From Raillietiella orientalis (taxonomy: Eukaryota): a stretch of 64,000 nt of DNA. The position numbers and the translations under genes are program-made. This document shows, in pieces, positions 48,201 to 61,751 of the stretch (its first letter is position 1; every line of letters begins with the position of its first letter). The stretch is from the NCBI GenBank assembly GCA_036172245.1, contig JAYWIR010000003.1:4092001-4156000 (forward strand). The letters run 5' to 3'. The notes under the pieces were generated by a model. The model was not told where the DNA came from and searched no databases. It saw only the letters and a list, made by a program, of their open reading frames with translations.

Positions 48201-50189
48201 TTGGGAGTGATTCACGCCGTGAGAAGACGCGTGGGTCTTTTCGGAATCGCCACGAGAGGCACCCGCGTGCTGCTGAAGTTCCTCTGACCCCCACCATGGC
48301 AGCCGATGGCTATCCCCTTAGCCACAGGCCAAGAAAGCCCGCCAGCTGAAGATGTAGGGATTTTTGCGAGCGTTCCTTTCGCCTTCGCGCGCCCGCAGCA
48401 TCGTTTCGGGAGGGGAGGGAAGAGGACATCTCCGTCTTTTTCCCCTCAGGCGCGTGCAGCACTTCGGCCCCTTATCCTCCCCTTCTGCCAGGAGATCGGC
48501 TTACCCTCCCGCTGTCCCTTTGGCTTGAGGAGAGCCCGACCAGCCTTCCTCTTGGCAGCCGGACTGCGGCGGAGCAAACTCTCTCCCCTCCCTTTCTCTC
48601 CATGCTCCGGGCAGCGACCGGTTCTCCCGTATCATGACTACAAGAGATGCTCTTGGGGGACCCAGCCACACCTCCACGTCTCCTCCTCCGATGCTCCCTG
48701 CCGCCACCGTCCCGAAAAACACGAAGAGAACCGACTCTCTCCCTCCGCCCTCATGGACCAGCTGCTGCGCTCGCTCTGGGCTTCCGGTTCCTTGCGGGGC
48801 TGCCGTGGCGAAGCGATGTGGCTACTCCAGCGCCGGAGATCGTGCGGCAGCGGATCCGCTGATGAGGAGGTCACGGGCAGACGAGAGGTCCCCATGCGCC
48901 TTCCTGCCGGTGGCGGCAGAGCTGAATGCTTCCTTGTCCTTGGCGTTGCCTCCTCTGCGGAGCCCTCGTGCTAGCAGAAGAAGGGAGTAGGTGGGACGGG
49001 AGGACGCACCGGTCCGCTGAACGAGGTGCGGCACTGCGCGTGCCATCCGCACCTCGTTCTGCGCATGCGCCCGTGTCCGGCGTCCGGTCAAACGTCCGGC
49101 CACTCCCTCTCAGAGACAAAGCACCCGAGGGAGCGGCTTCCCGGACGCCCGGCGCGTCGGAGGGGAGGCGCAGGGAAGAGCCACCTGGATGACTTCCGGT
49201 ATTCCTCCGCCCAGCGAGACAGAAGGACGTGGTCCAAGAGCACCTTGGAGCTCCGCGAAGCGCACGTGTGAGGTTGCCGCTGCAGGCGGGAGGAAAAAGT
49301 CCGACGTCCCCCCGCAAGGGGTGCGAGGATCGGGAACACGACTTTGAAAACGGGGGCCCGGATGCGATCAGGTAGCGAGCGGGCGGTCCAGCTGAGTAGA
49401 AGGGGAATATCCACAGCGGAGGGAAGCCTCAGGGTGGCGACGCCTTGCCGCTAGAGGACGGCGCCAGCGCGCGGCATGTTCAGGAAGGAGAAGAAAGGAA
49501 GGTTTCAGGAAGGAGGAATAGGAGGAGTCGCGGAAGCTGCGATTTTCGAGAGAGGAAGAGCGAGAGCCTGGGGGGCAGAGGGAGGGGACAGGCGTTGGAT
49601 CCTGCCCTCCATCGGGGAAAAAAAACGCTTCGCTCAGCTGAGCTTGGAAGCTGCCGAGATCATCCGGAGCTTCGGGATGCTGGCCGTCTTTGCCTCCATG
49701 AATTCTAACAATGGAAACCCATTGTTGCTACGACTCTCGTCGTCTCCATCATTGTTGCCACAGCCCGATCATCAGCACTGTCGGCAAGACGCTAATCGTT
49801 TGCATTGTTGTTGCAGCCGGCGTGGAGAAATGGCGTCTCACGAAGATGCCACCTCTCACTCGTCACGGTAGGAGACGGAGGCTGTAGGCGGAAGGCTCAC
49901 GGGAGAAAAGGAAAAAGACTGAAGAAGAGTTGGGAGAGACAGAGAAGGGGGGGGGAGAGAGAAGCGACTTTTCATCGATCGCCCACATTCAACTGGGGAG
50001 AGGACGGATGCTCCGGAGGTGTGTCTCCGTGCAGCCATGGCAATGACTGACTCGCGTCTCTGGAGAACGGGGAAACGGAGGGGCTTCCCCTCTGAAGGTG
50101 GGATCGTTTTGAGGATCCAGAAAGCTCCTGGAATGCGAGCAAGGAGCAGGCAGGGACCTCGCGCTTTACCCCCGCTCCACATCCCGTTC

Positions 50190-50236
50190 CCGTCTGGCGC
50201 CCCTGCTGACTTCATGTCAGCAGGGGCGCCGGACGG
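50190..50236. repeat. 21-bp hairpin (one G-U pair) with 5-nt loop
   Basis: CCGTCTGGCGCCCCTGCTGAC-TTCAT-GTCAGCAGGGGCGCCGGACGG. Confidence 0.9.
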
Positions 50237-52248
50237 TCACTTCCGAGTTCACGGAGCCCCGAGAACCTACCGCTCCCTGGGTGAGGATGGCTCCTAGTCC
50301 GTTCTTCTCCCGAAGGAGGGTAGCAGTCTGTCGACCGAATCCCAGGAATTCGCCGCGTTCTCCGTGAGGAGAGTTTTTGCAATCTCAAGATGTATTGCAT
50401 CCTCTGGAGCCTCTAAGCGCCTCGGTTCCACGAAGGCTGCTGTTAATCAGCTCTGCTTCCACAAAAACCGCTCCCTTCTTGCGGAATGCTCTCGACCTTG
50501 GCAGGTCAAAAGCGACTGGGTCAGGGACGACTTCGGGAGAAAGGAGAGACACATCTCCAAGTGCCTTTGGGCTCCTCGCCCCTGTGCAGATGCCATCCGC
50601 TCGCGGGAACGAGGGACACCATCTACTCGCCCTCCGATGGCCATCAGGTGAACGGTTTGACCATCGAAGCTGCTACGAGGACCAACGGCCAGCCACAGGT
50701 GACCGCCACGTGGCGGGCGTGCCAAGCTGTAGGGCAGGTCTGCCCTGCAACCAAAAGGGCAACAACTCTCATGTGCACGCTCTCTGGACAGGCTGCTCTT
50801 TTCGGGTGCGGCTCTGCGCACGAAAGGAAGCGTCAGGCGGTCAGCTGGGTCGGAATTCGGGTTCTCAGCTTAAGGGCGCCATCTCGGAAGGCGTAATAAG
50901 AGATGCGCAGGTTCTGACTTTCTCAAACAGATGGCAGCAGAGGTCAGCGGCAACGAGAGTATGTTCGGGCTATTCCTGAGGCCCCGGCGGTTCCATTGGG
51001 GAGCGCCACTCCCGCGTTAGAAAGCAAAGAATACCCCAGAGGATGACGGAGGCAGAGCCTCCCATTCCTCCCTCGAAGCGAGCGTTGAAACCTTTCCCTT
51101 GCTACCCTTCCGAGGTCGAAGACGACATCCCTAAGGGGGACATCCTTCGGATACCTGCCAGAGGCCTAGTCGGTCAGTCGCGGTAGGCACAGGAGCGGGT
51201 TTCCGCGATCCTTCCCGACCCATCCCGCTGCGATCCGGCGTGCAGCCTCGCAGCTCGGCGCTCTCACGTCCCCAGTGCCTCCCCGTCCCGCTCCCCCTTG
51301 CTGGATTCCGGAAGTCACCTGGGAACCCCTCTCGACGCGTTTCCACGGATGGAGGCGGCTGCTAAGCAACGAGCAGCGTCTCTGCGAGAAGCTTCGCGAG
51401 CAGCCGGCAGGGCTGCGACCCATGTGCTGGTGGCACCCATCGCCCCCTTTCCCGCCTCATTCCAGAGCAGGACAACAGTGGCAACCAGTTAGCGAGGTCA
51501 TGTTGCTGCGTTCGGGAAGTGCTCCTCTTCCGTGGGCTGGATTCAGGGCAAGGACGCCTATCAGGGGAGCCTCCTTCCTTTCCAGATTCCCTGGTTTCCA
51601 GCTCTCCCGGACTGACAGAGTTCAAGAGAGGGGTTTCGGGCAGGAAGCTTCCTCGGCCAGCTGCCAAAGAGAAAAAAAGTGTAGGCGATGGGGGCGGATT
51701 CACCCGTCCTGCTTGCCCCCACAATGGGACGCGCCCAGTAGCTCAGCGGTACGGGTTGCGGGGAAGGGATCTTCGGAGGATGGTCAACCTTTTTGCTGCC
51801 GGAGACATCCCGTCATCGGGGCCGCTTCCAAGGGAAAGCGGGAGAGGCGTGCGCGTGGACCGGAAGAGGAGTCCTTTTCCCGGAAGGGAGTGGAAAACTC
51901 CCGGGAGATCCGGGAGCACCACCGACTCGAGGAAGGAAGGTCCGAGCACACCCGCTGACCTCGGAGGGGTGGACCTTCCTCGATCGAGGCGAGAATCAGG
52001 CGGTGCGGGGCTGGGGACAGAGAGGGTCGGTTCTCCTGCGACGTCTAGGGCTTCCCCTCCAGAGACAGAACCGTCAACCCCCTCACCTTCCGACCTCCCT
52101 CCCACACTGTTACAAGAGATGGGGAGACGTCCGCGCGCAACTCGCTCGGCGGGTAGTTCCACGGGGAAGAAAGGTGCTGAGAGGAGGAAGGGAAAGCGTC
52201 TTCTTCCTCCTTCTTCCTCCTTCTTCCTCCTCCGCCCCTCGGCTACGC

Positions 52249-53711
52249 ACCTGGAAGCTTCCCTCGCAGCTGGAGGCGCCCGGGGTAGGGCCTCCTTCCG
52301 GAAGGTCATACTCCTGGGAACCGTCAGCCAGGACGGACAGCAGCCTCGCCTCCCGGCAGGCCCTTCGCGCCTCCCGGAGGACCCCCTGGAGGTGCTCGCG
52401 GACTTCCTCCTGGTCGCAGCAGTCCACCAGACTCTCCAGCAGTCGCTCCTCCCTCTCCAGGTGTTCCAGGAAGTCCTCGATCATTCTCTCCTTCTCCCCG
52501 ACGATCTCCCCGAGGTCGACGGCCAGGCGCTCCCGTGCGTTCCTCTCCTCCTGCAGGCGGTTGAGGGTCACCTGGATCTCTTCCTGGACCCGCAGCGCCT
52601 CCTCCTGGATCGCGGCGACGTCGCGGCACCTCGCCTCTAGGGTGGTACGCAGAGTCAGCAGCTCCACCCTGCCGTCCTCGACGGCGCGCGCCAGCCGGCG
52701 CTCTCCCTCAGAGCGCTCCTCCGCGCGGCGGGTGCGCTCCAGCAGCTCCTCCAGGAGGGCGCACCTCTCCCGCTCCTCCTGCGTCAAACAGTGCTCCTCC
52801 CAGCTCATCTGACAATTTTCCTTGCGCAGGCGCTCGCCGTGCTCCGCGGCATGCGTCAGCTCGCTCGCCAGGTGGCGCACCACCGCGGCGGGCTCGGGGT
52901 CCGGCAGTCGCTGGGTCACGTAGGTGACCTCAGGGAGAAAGGCTCCGGCGCGTAGGTCCTCCAGCTGCCTCCGCAGCGCCTCCACCTCTCTCTCCGCGCG
53001 CTCCAGCGCCGCCTGAGCTGAGAGCCGCTGTCTCTCAGCGTCCTCGGCGGCGGCGGCCGCCTCCGCCTTCTGGCGGGGCGGAGCGGAGGCGCCGGAAGCC
53101 TCGGTCAGCAGCTCCCCGGTCAGCCGGTCCAGCTTCCGTAGGGTGGCGTCCGTATTCGCGTCCGCGCCTTGTTCCTGTGTCCTCAGCTCCTCTTCCGCGG
53201 ATCGTACCTCGTTCTCCACGCGCCTCATCTCCGATCTCAGCTTCCTGGACCGCAGCTTCAGCTACGGGAGAAGAGGGAGTACTATCGCCCTCCATCTATC
53301 CCTCCTCCTTGGAAGAGGCGGGGGGTCTTCCTCGCCTCCGCTTTCCCTTTTTCCCTCCCCCTTGTCCTCACCCGCGGGGAATCCCTGGAGGGATGAGGTA
53401 GCGGATGGGAGAGTCCGAGACCTCTCTCCCACGTCACCGGCCCGCCGCACCCGCCAGCAAGGAACACTCTCCCTCGTGTATCCCCCGGTTTCCTCCCTCC
53501 TGACCTTTTCCGCATCCCTCATGACCTTGGATCTGTACCAGAGGAAAAGCAGCAGAGGCACCGCGAGGTAGAGGAGTGCCAGCAGCATCTCCGAGTTGCC
53601 GGGACCCCGAGCGTCTTCCTGCTTTCCCGGCGCCGGCGCCGGCCCGGGAGCGGCCTTCTTGTCCTGCGTTTTTTCTTTGGGCTGCCTGTCTCCCTTGGCT
53701 TTAGGGGCCAT
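52249..53711 (-). CDS. Single-pass membrane protein with long coiled coil; family unidentified; 3' end unresolved (likely continues below 52190)
   Basis: Exon 1 (53711-53505) reads MAPKAKGD...EMLLALLYLAVPLLLFLWYRSKVMRDAEK and contains a hydrophobic TM stretch. A phase-0 GT-AG intron spans 53504-53262. About 335 codons of E/R/L/A-rich heptad sequence follow (ORF 52110-53228), up to a donor at ~52249. Confidence 0.7.
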
Positions 53712-54240
53712 CCCGCGTCGTGTTTTCGAGGAGAAAGGCATCTCCAAGGCAACCGGCTAGTCGGGTAGCTCCGCTCCCAAAGAAAGGCGGAGGACGACTT
53801 TCGGAGGGGAGGGAGAGGGGAAGCAGAGAGAAAAGGCAAACGAACGAACGAACGCAAAAAAAAAAAGAGGGGTGGAAGGAGTTTGTTGTTTCCACGGCAA
53901 CCCCTTTAGCTTCCTTCGCCTCGAGAGGAATGGGATGGAGGAAGGAAAGAGGCAGGGAAGGTCGGGCGGCGGAGGAGGTTGAATGGGAGGTCCTCTCGAC
54001 CGCACAGACCGGGATGGGAGAATCTTCCCCGATGGGAGAAGCAGGAAAGGGGAAAGACAGCTCCTTCCACACCCCGCTGATTTTCTGCCGAGCACGCCGC
54101 TTTGAGGGCGTAGACGGGAAGCGGCACAGTTCCGTGAGATTTTCGCGGGTTTCCGTGGAGACGGCACGCGGCCAGGACGGCAGTCCTTGCGGGAGGGACG
54201 CCCACACTCATCCCGCACATTATCCTTTGGATAGGAAAAC

Positions 54241-55053
54241 CTCCTCTGGGGAAACCAGGAGGTGCCTTCGTGGTTGCCCCCAATGTCCGTCTTGTCACTA
54301 GTAGGCGGCCCTCTCCGACAGCTCCTGTGGTGGACTCCCCGGACTCCACCAGACAAAGACGCTGGTCTCCGCTGCGCAGACGTCTCTTCTGCGGTCCATC
54401 GTTCATGCCACCGCTGACCTCACCTCGGTGGTGACCTCATCCCACCCTCTTAGGTCGGGTTTGTCCGCAGGGCTGGTCGCCTCAGGGACTTTACAGCTCT
54501 CCCGGGGTGTGGGAGGCCGTCGGCAGAACCTCGCCTGGAGCAGAGAGCCAGGCAGACATCCTGATCTTCCGCGCCTGGAGCCGAACCGCCGACTCCAGGT
54601 CCGTCCGGATCACGTAAGGGGTAGGGGGAGCTGAGCTCCGACCGAAAGAGTTCTGCTACCGGCCGCGGGATGGCAGGGCTGCTTCACTGGTTCCTCTGCA
54701 GGGATTTCCTCCGTTTTCTCTCCTAGTTTTGTCCGCCTTTCTTTCTATCTTTCGGCCTCATTTTTATGCTTTAGGGCATTCCCCAAGTTCCATAGACGAT
54801 TAGTGCTCGGGAAAGGAGGAGAGCATTCTTTCTCCACTTCCTCTCTTCGCTTGTCTGGAAAGTGGGATCGCGCCCTTGTGCCCTCCGTAGGCTCATCCAG
54901 TGCATGGAATAGGGAGCTTCAACGCGGCCAGAAAAGGCAGGTGCACGGGGGTGACCTTTCTCCTCCGCTTCCCACTTTCTAACCCTGGAATCTCCTATCC
55001 TGGGAAAACCCGGAAGTGCCTTCGTGGTTACCCCCCACCATCCGTCTTGTCAC
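54241..55053 (+). repeat. Degenerate ~60-bp direct repeat pair (54241-54298 and 54992-55053)
   Basis: CTGGG(G/A)AAACC(A/C)GGA(G/A)GTGCCTTCGTGGTT(G/A)CCCCC...TCCGTCTTGTCAC occurs twice, ~750 bp apart. Confidence 0.75.
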
Positions 55054-58000
55054 GAGTTGATGGCAGCTGTGGAGTGCACCGTGAAGAAGAAACTTCGAGG
55101 GGCTCGAGCCCCCAGGCAAAACTTCTCGGCCACCCGGGCTTTCGGCAAGAGGAAGGGGCGAATGCTAGCGGCGCTGCATTCCTTCTTTTCCTCTCTTTTC
55201 CAAGAGCCTGCCCGGAAACTCCAGGGTTGCTCCGGGACACCGAGGCAGCGAGTCACTGCACCTGCGCGTCCACCAGGAGGAGCCAACAAGGATTTTCGCT
55301 TCTTTTCCAAGCTACGGGAAAACCACCCTCCCGAATTCCTTGCCCTCCACCCGCAGGCTAGAAGACCGAACAGAGGGGCAAGAGAAAAGTCCTTTGGTTG
55401 CAAAGCAGCCCGAGGCGTCTGCGGGTTTGGGTGCCAGGGGATGATCCGCACTGCAAGAAGACTCGCTCCCTCTCGCGGCCTTGGTGCGCGGATCGTAAGG
55501 CTGTGTTAACAGTGCCGCTCGCGGACATCCGGGAGGGAAATGAAGAACTCTGTGGGAAACTCGTGATGCAACATGAAGACTTCCTGTTCGGCCAGGTGAA
55601 CGGCGTCTTCGAGCGCCTGACCAAACACAGCGCTGGCGAAGAGCACCTCGATGGTATGCTAAGGTCGCAAGGCAACCCCTAGGTGCTGTATGGCTGCAAG
55701 TCAATCTGCGACAAGCACTCTGGTGGCGGCGGCAAAACACCAAGGGGCTAATGGCGAAAACTCTTGCCCCTGGCAATATGCTCTACTGCTGCGAAGAAGC
55801 GGGTTGCTAGGATATGACTTCGATCCTGCTGAAGGAGAGCTGCATCGATGTGCTTTGCGGCTCGCGGATTAGGCGTGTATGTATCCCACATACCTTCGTT
55901 ACAGGATAACCAAAAGGAAGCCTGCTTCTTGCAAACACAACTACTCATGCAGCCCATCCTTTTTACTGAGTGTGCTACTCGTGAGCTCCCTCACCATGAC
56001 AATGGGTGACCACCAAATGGATTGTTCCATGCTTCTACATGCTAGTCATTCCTGTCTGTTTTCCCAGCTGTCAGTTCTTACTTGCAGTATGCATGTTTTC
56101 CTTGGCTGGTTGCTATTTTCCTTTTTTTCCTGCCCTTTTTTCGTTCGATCTTTCGGTCTCATTCGTCTGCTTCGGGACATTCCCCAAGGACCATAAAACA
56201 TCTAAATATTCTCAGTAATGTTCGCCTAGGACGAGGCAAGCAAATTCAAGAGCTGCTTCAAGAGCTTTGAATTTCTTCGTGCTTCAGATTTGTTTCATTA
56301 ATTTTATTTCGTTCCGTTCACACCAGTGACTTTATTGTTATTATGATTGTGGCAGTGCACAGTAGACAATTTTGAAGTCTCTAGATTTCTTGTGTCTATC
56401 CCCTGAGGAAAAGCGAGAGCATTGAAGAGGCAGGCATTGGCAGAATTCCTTTGTTTTATATGGCAATTCCCGTCGAGGTCTGCTGCTCGCTATGTCAGTA
56501 AGCGGTTCAGATAGTCCAGGATATAAAATGGTGGTGGCATACTAGAGACCTTAGCTGAGTTTTACATTGAGTATTTCTTGAAAGCATCTGAATGAGTTTT
56601 TCTCTTAAAGTCATTCCAATATTTTGAAGAAGCAGGGGAGGCAGCAACCACGAAGAATCCACATGTTTACTGTACGCACAAAAAACTCGGCTGGAAAAGC
56701 ATTAGGAAATTAGCGATAAATCTAGGATCACAAAAAAAAAAAAAAAAAAAACGAATCGACTGATCGTTAGTGGGACCCACAAGGACAAAGATACCCTCTT
56801 CACATTTCCTTGAAAGTCGCACTCCCTGAAATTATTTTCGATGAAAGTAGAGAAGAGCGAAATTCCCAGCATGATGCTTGGTGACCTTTCAGAACTTGCA
56901 GATGATCGAACCAAGAAGTCTTCGGAACCGCCTTAGAGAGTTACACGGAAGAAACAGGGCGCGACACAGTTATGTGTACGGTGTATTCTAGGAAAAGGAT
57001 GCAAAGTGTTCAGCAGAGTGAGAATGAAAGATTAAAATGCTCCCTTCCGTGCAGATAGCACAGCAGGGCACCATCTACATTTGCAACTGCCACAACAAAT
57101 TGCAAAGAAGGTTAGTAGGTTCTCTCCTAATTGGGATAAACGTGAAGGTAGAAAGAGAGACCCTAGCCACTGCATGCGTTAAATGTCTTAAATCCCGGAA
57201 CTCTACATACATACGGGCTCTGAGTCTCGAAAACACACAAAGAATGGAACGAACCTTTCAGGCGAAAGGCTCGAATAGTGCAGTGCCGCTCTGAAATCGA
57301 CGCTCTTGTGATACATGCTCTGCACACATCCCGTCTCAGTCACCTGGAAGGATGCTACCTGCTCTTCTTCTGCGTGACGAAGTCTGCAAGCAAAACGTTC
57401 TCCTACACAGGGATTTCGCGCAGACGTGTCACGGAACAGCAGTATTTATGTGCAGACGTCAAAACAAACAAATCAGAAGCAAAGCAAAAAAAAAAGAGTG
57501 CTTCTTTCTGTCACGGAATGCACTTCTGATATGGCAGATAAATCAAGGGAACACATGTTTCTCCTTACACACACACCTTTCGACAGCCAGCTGGTTGTGC
57601 CTCGTGCAGGATCCATTCGAACTGGCGAGATGCCTGCAAGAAATATCCACGTGGTTTTTGTTCAGCAGCCTGACTTCGTGTGGGAGCTGCTTCCTCTCCT
57701 CGCTGCGAAAGGAGACCACTCTCTTTCGGCGATCCCTCGGGGTTGCAACCACGGCTCTTTTCGCCGACGGTGAGGAACATTTCTCGGCGTAGAAATACGG
57801 CCCAAAGGTCGAGTAGGAAGCTGGAGGACCGTTAGCAGAACTGGTGCCAGCAACAAAAGGCGAAACTTTCAAGGGTCACTAGCTGACGGAATTCGGGCAT
57901 GTTACGTTTATTGGAAGGCACGCTGCTCTTCGTTCTGGCCATACAGGATCACTGGGCAAACAGGGATCTCTTCGTCGACCATATTGGACCACCCTCGGGC

Positions 58001-58283
58001 TGGCGATCATGGAGGTTTCTTTATCTGAACGCCCCTCAGTTGCCAAAAAAGCTTCGTGCAACGCATTGAGATTTGCGTACTGGGTGGAGCATTGGGCGTT
58101 ATCTCTGTTTGGTACCCGGAACAGTCATCTTCTACGATTCCTGATGTAATTCAGGAACAAATCTCTTTGCTTTCTTCGTTGACAATTGATGCTTTCGATA
58201 AATTTGAGGTTCCCCAAGTTTAGTGCAAAGTTCTGGGTTTAGTTTTCAAAAGACGAAACAAGATATGGCTTGAATTTTTCGAA

Positions 58284-61282
58284 ATGAATAAACTTACAAC
58301 AATAATATACTTACTGCTTTGGACCGTTGGTATGTAGAAGCTTCATAGGAATTAAATATTTTTCGATTTAGATGATTCAGAAAGCAAGCCCTTGATTAAA
58401 GATCAAGAGAAGGCAGCACTGGACCTCATACAAAGAACACTGCCAAATGAAGGCCACCTGTTCTCTGTCAAGATAACACCAGAACTAAGCCCAGATGGAA
58501 GACTTGCTTTCAAGGTTTGTTGCAAACAAATTGATTATAACCTGTACAGTTGAACACTGTTGGAACACCGACAGTGGAGATTTGGGCAAACTCGGGGGTA
58601 GCAGCAGCATGGAGTTTCCATCATTTTTTGAAGTATTATTGCATGAGTCATATATCGTGGACTGAGTTCAGAATTTCCTTCCCTAACCCCATTCCGGTTA
58701 TCAACATAACAAGGATTGCCCAAGACAGGTTGTATTAACAGCACAGACTGAAAGTCAACACCTGGCAGATGGCGCTACTATGGGAATATGGTGACATTTA
58801 GCTACAGCTTTGTATGGTGGCAGTGGCCTCAATGGGAGAAACATTTGGACTGGTTGGCCATGAATGGGTTTGATCTGATTCTGGCTCCCACAGGTCAGGA
58901 AGCCATTTGGAAACGAACATATTTTCACATGGGATTAGTAGAGGAAGACTTGGAGTTTGCTGGTCCAGCTTTTCTGGGCTGGTGAGTGCATGTAACAAAT
59001 TAAATGATTTCCTCTTCATACCAGTTTAGGAACAGAATGGGAAACCTAAAAGAGTGGGGTGGTCCACTAACAGCAAAATGGCATGATAAGCAAGTTCAAC
59101 TACAGCATCAGATTCTGGAACGAATTAGGGTACTGGGCATGACCTCTGTTTTGCCAGCATTTTCTGGTAATGTTCCTCAAGCTATTCGTAGGTGAGTTGC
59201 TTTGGCCAATGTTGATCATGTTCTCCAGGTTGTATCCCAATTCTTCTTTTACTCAGCTGGCGTCATGGAACAAATTCTCTTGTGACTACTCCTGGTAAGC
59301 ATGGAATCAGAAAAAGCTGAACATGCTTTCATGGACTTGATTTCAGTTCTTTATTTTTGCACCCCACTGACTCCCTGTTTCAAGTCATAGCTCATCAGTT
59401 CCATAAAGAGGTAGGAGAAAAAAGTTGCAAAGTAGTGCCATAGTAATCTTGCAGCTCACAAATGAGTTTGGCACAGACCATTTTTACAGCTGTGATCCCT
59501 TCAATGAAATAACACCTCCATCTGATGATCCAGAATATCTTCAGGAGGTTTCCCAAACTATTGCTGCTGTGCTGCTGCAAGCAGATCCAAATGCCACCTG
59601 GTAGACTCCATTTGCTGAGTCTTGTTAATTCTTTTATCTAGGGTGCTTCAGGGATGGATGTTTGTGAACAGTACCTTCTGGACTTTAGCCAAAAGTCGAG
59701 CATTTCTTCAAGGGGTACCTATGGTAAGAGCATCAGAAAAACAGAGTTTCTGATGAAAATGCTGTTACAGGAACACTTGCTAGTGCTTGATTTGCAGGCT
59801 GAACTTCAGCCTCAGTACATTCGTCTTCAGTCTTTCTTTGGATATCCTTTCATCTGGTGTCTCCTGCACAATTTCGGGGGCATGACAGAGATGCACGGAT
59901 CTCTGTCCCTTGTAAGCAAGGTACAGGAGGGAACTGCATCAGGATAACAGAAGCACTTGTCAGGGGCCATTTGCAGCACGTGACTGGCCTGGAAGTAGCA
60001 TGGTAGGGGTAGGATTGACCATGGAAGGAATTTCCCAGAATTACGCAATCTATGACTTGTTTACAGAAGTTACCTGGCAGCAGAAGCCAATTGAAGTGGA
60101 TACTTGGGTCAAGATGTATTCTCAAAGACGTTATGGGATACAGAGTGATCTCTTGGCTGATGCTTGGGATCATCTTCAAGTAAGCATCTTTCAAGTTTTT
60201 TTTTTTTTTTTTTTTCTGCCACTAACAGGACATTTCTTGGAAAAACAGCACTCTGTGTACAACTGCAGCTTTGTACTAAGGGACCATCATGGACACAGCA
60301 TCATTAGTAGAAGACCTTCATTACGCCTTCAGGCACAGGTGCATCTCTCTCTCCCTCTCTTCCTTAGCTGCAGTAGATGGTTTATTTTATCAGATCTGGT
60401 ATGATGCACGAGTACTTGTGAATGCATGGAACTTCCTTGTGAAAGCAGCAAAAGCATTCCCGGAATTAGAGAGCATAGCTACATTTCGACACGATTTGGT
60501 AGATGTTGGACGACAAGTGTTGCAGGTACAAGGTGCAGCACTGTATGGTGATTTGGTGATGGCATACCAACAGCGTAATGGCAGTCACCTATTGTGAGTG
60601 AGAAAGACTAGGCAAGGCATTGTTTTCAGGAGTACTACAGAGCAGATGCTGGATCTTCTCCGAGATCTGGATTCTTTACTTGCCACTTCCCCCAACTTTT
60701 TACTGGGTCAATGGTTGAATGCCGCCAAGACGTGGGGAGATGACGATGTTGTAAGGGAAAAATCGATTATGATGCTTACTCCAAAATTTTTGTTCGTTGA
60801 AAGGAGAAGAGCAAATACGAATTCAACAGCAGGAATCAAATAACTCTCTGGGGACCCAATGGCGAAATCGGAGACTACGCCAGTAAACAGTGGGCAGGAA
60901 TAGTAGGCCACTACTATCTCCCTCGTTGGAGCATGTTTGCAAATGCTCTCGTTCAAGCACTTGCTGATCACTCTCAATTTTCTCAGAAGCAGTTCAATAA
61001 AGAAGTTTTCTTACAAATAGAGCACCCCTTCACCCTCGATGATACCCCCTTTCCCAACAGTACTACAGGTAACACCCATTAATATGTTAATAGTCACACT
61101 TCCACCTAGGAAACCTTCTGGAATTGTCCTCGGCATTATACCGAAAGTGGGGTCATACGACCAAGAAAATGTGGAGACAGTCATTGAAGAAGATGAGTCA
61201 AAGATGGCTGAGAAGACACGCAGGTGACCCATCATACGAGGCTCACTTTGTCCGTGCCTTGGTGACATCAAGCATCACTTAA
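58284..61282 (+). CDS. NAGLU: Alpha-N-acetylglucosaminidase (GH89), 16 exons
   Basis: Signal peptide [15 protein letters not shown]. Motifs: [65 protein letters not shown] (catalytic Glu); [32 protein letters not shown] (second catalytic Glu); [34 protein letters not shown]. All introns are GT-AG. Confidence 0.97.
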
Positions 61283-61751
61283 ATATAAGCCACTTTCTTG
61301 TTTTTTTATTATCGGCAAACAGCATGTTCTGCATGCATCTGCAATTCCTGATTCGTGCCGTTTTGAAGATTGTTTATTATGTAATGTGCTGCCGTCAACT
61401 ACTATGTCTGCGATGAGTCGTTATAACGCTTGCGACCTTCGCCCTCGTGAATGTACAGTGTACATACTTTCGAGGTGCAAACACCGTTCTGCCGGCCATG
61501 TGCAACCCTCTTAATCGTTGCAGTTGTGTTCGTCAGTACTTTATTTTTCATGTTTTCCGTACTAAAATAACTTCTTTTCGAAAAGTATGAGGAAAGGCAT
61601 TAACAGAACGAAACGCAATCACGTGATCAAAAGTAACATATTTTGCGCTGCAAATCAGTAACCAACAGTACGCGCCCCTAGCTGTCGCTTCCTTGCCCAG
61701 CAGCCACGGAGATCGAGAACTTGGACCTCTTGTGCCTCCTGTCAGATTCAG

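Noticed and set aside
51519..52812. Long plus-strand ORFs of 373 and 339 aa
   Set aside because: Antisense to the coiled-coil gene in stop-poor GC-rich DNA.
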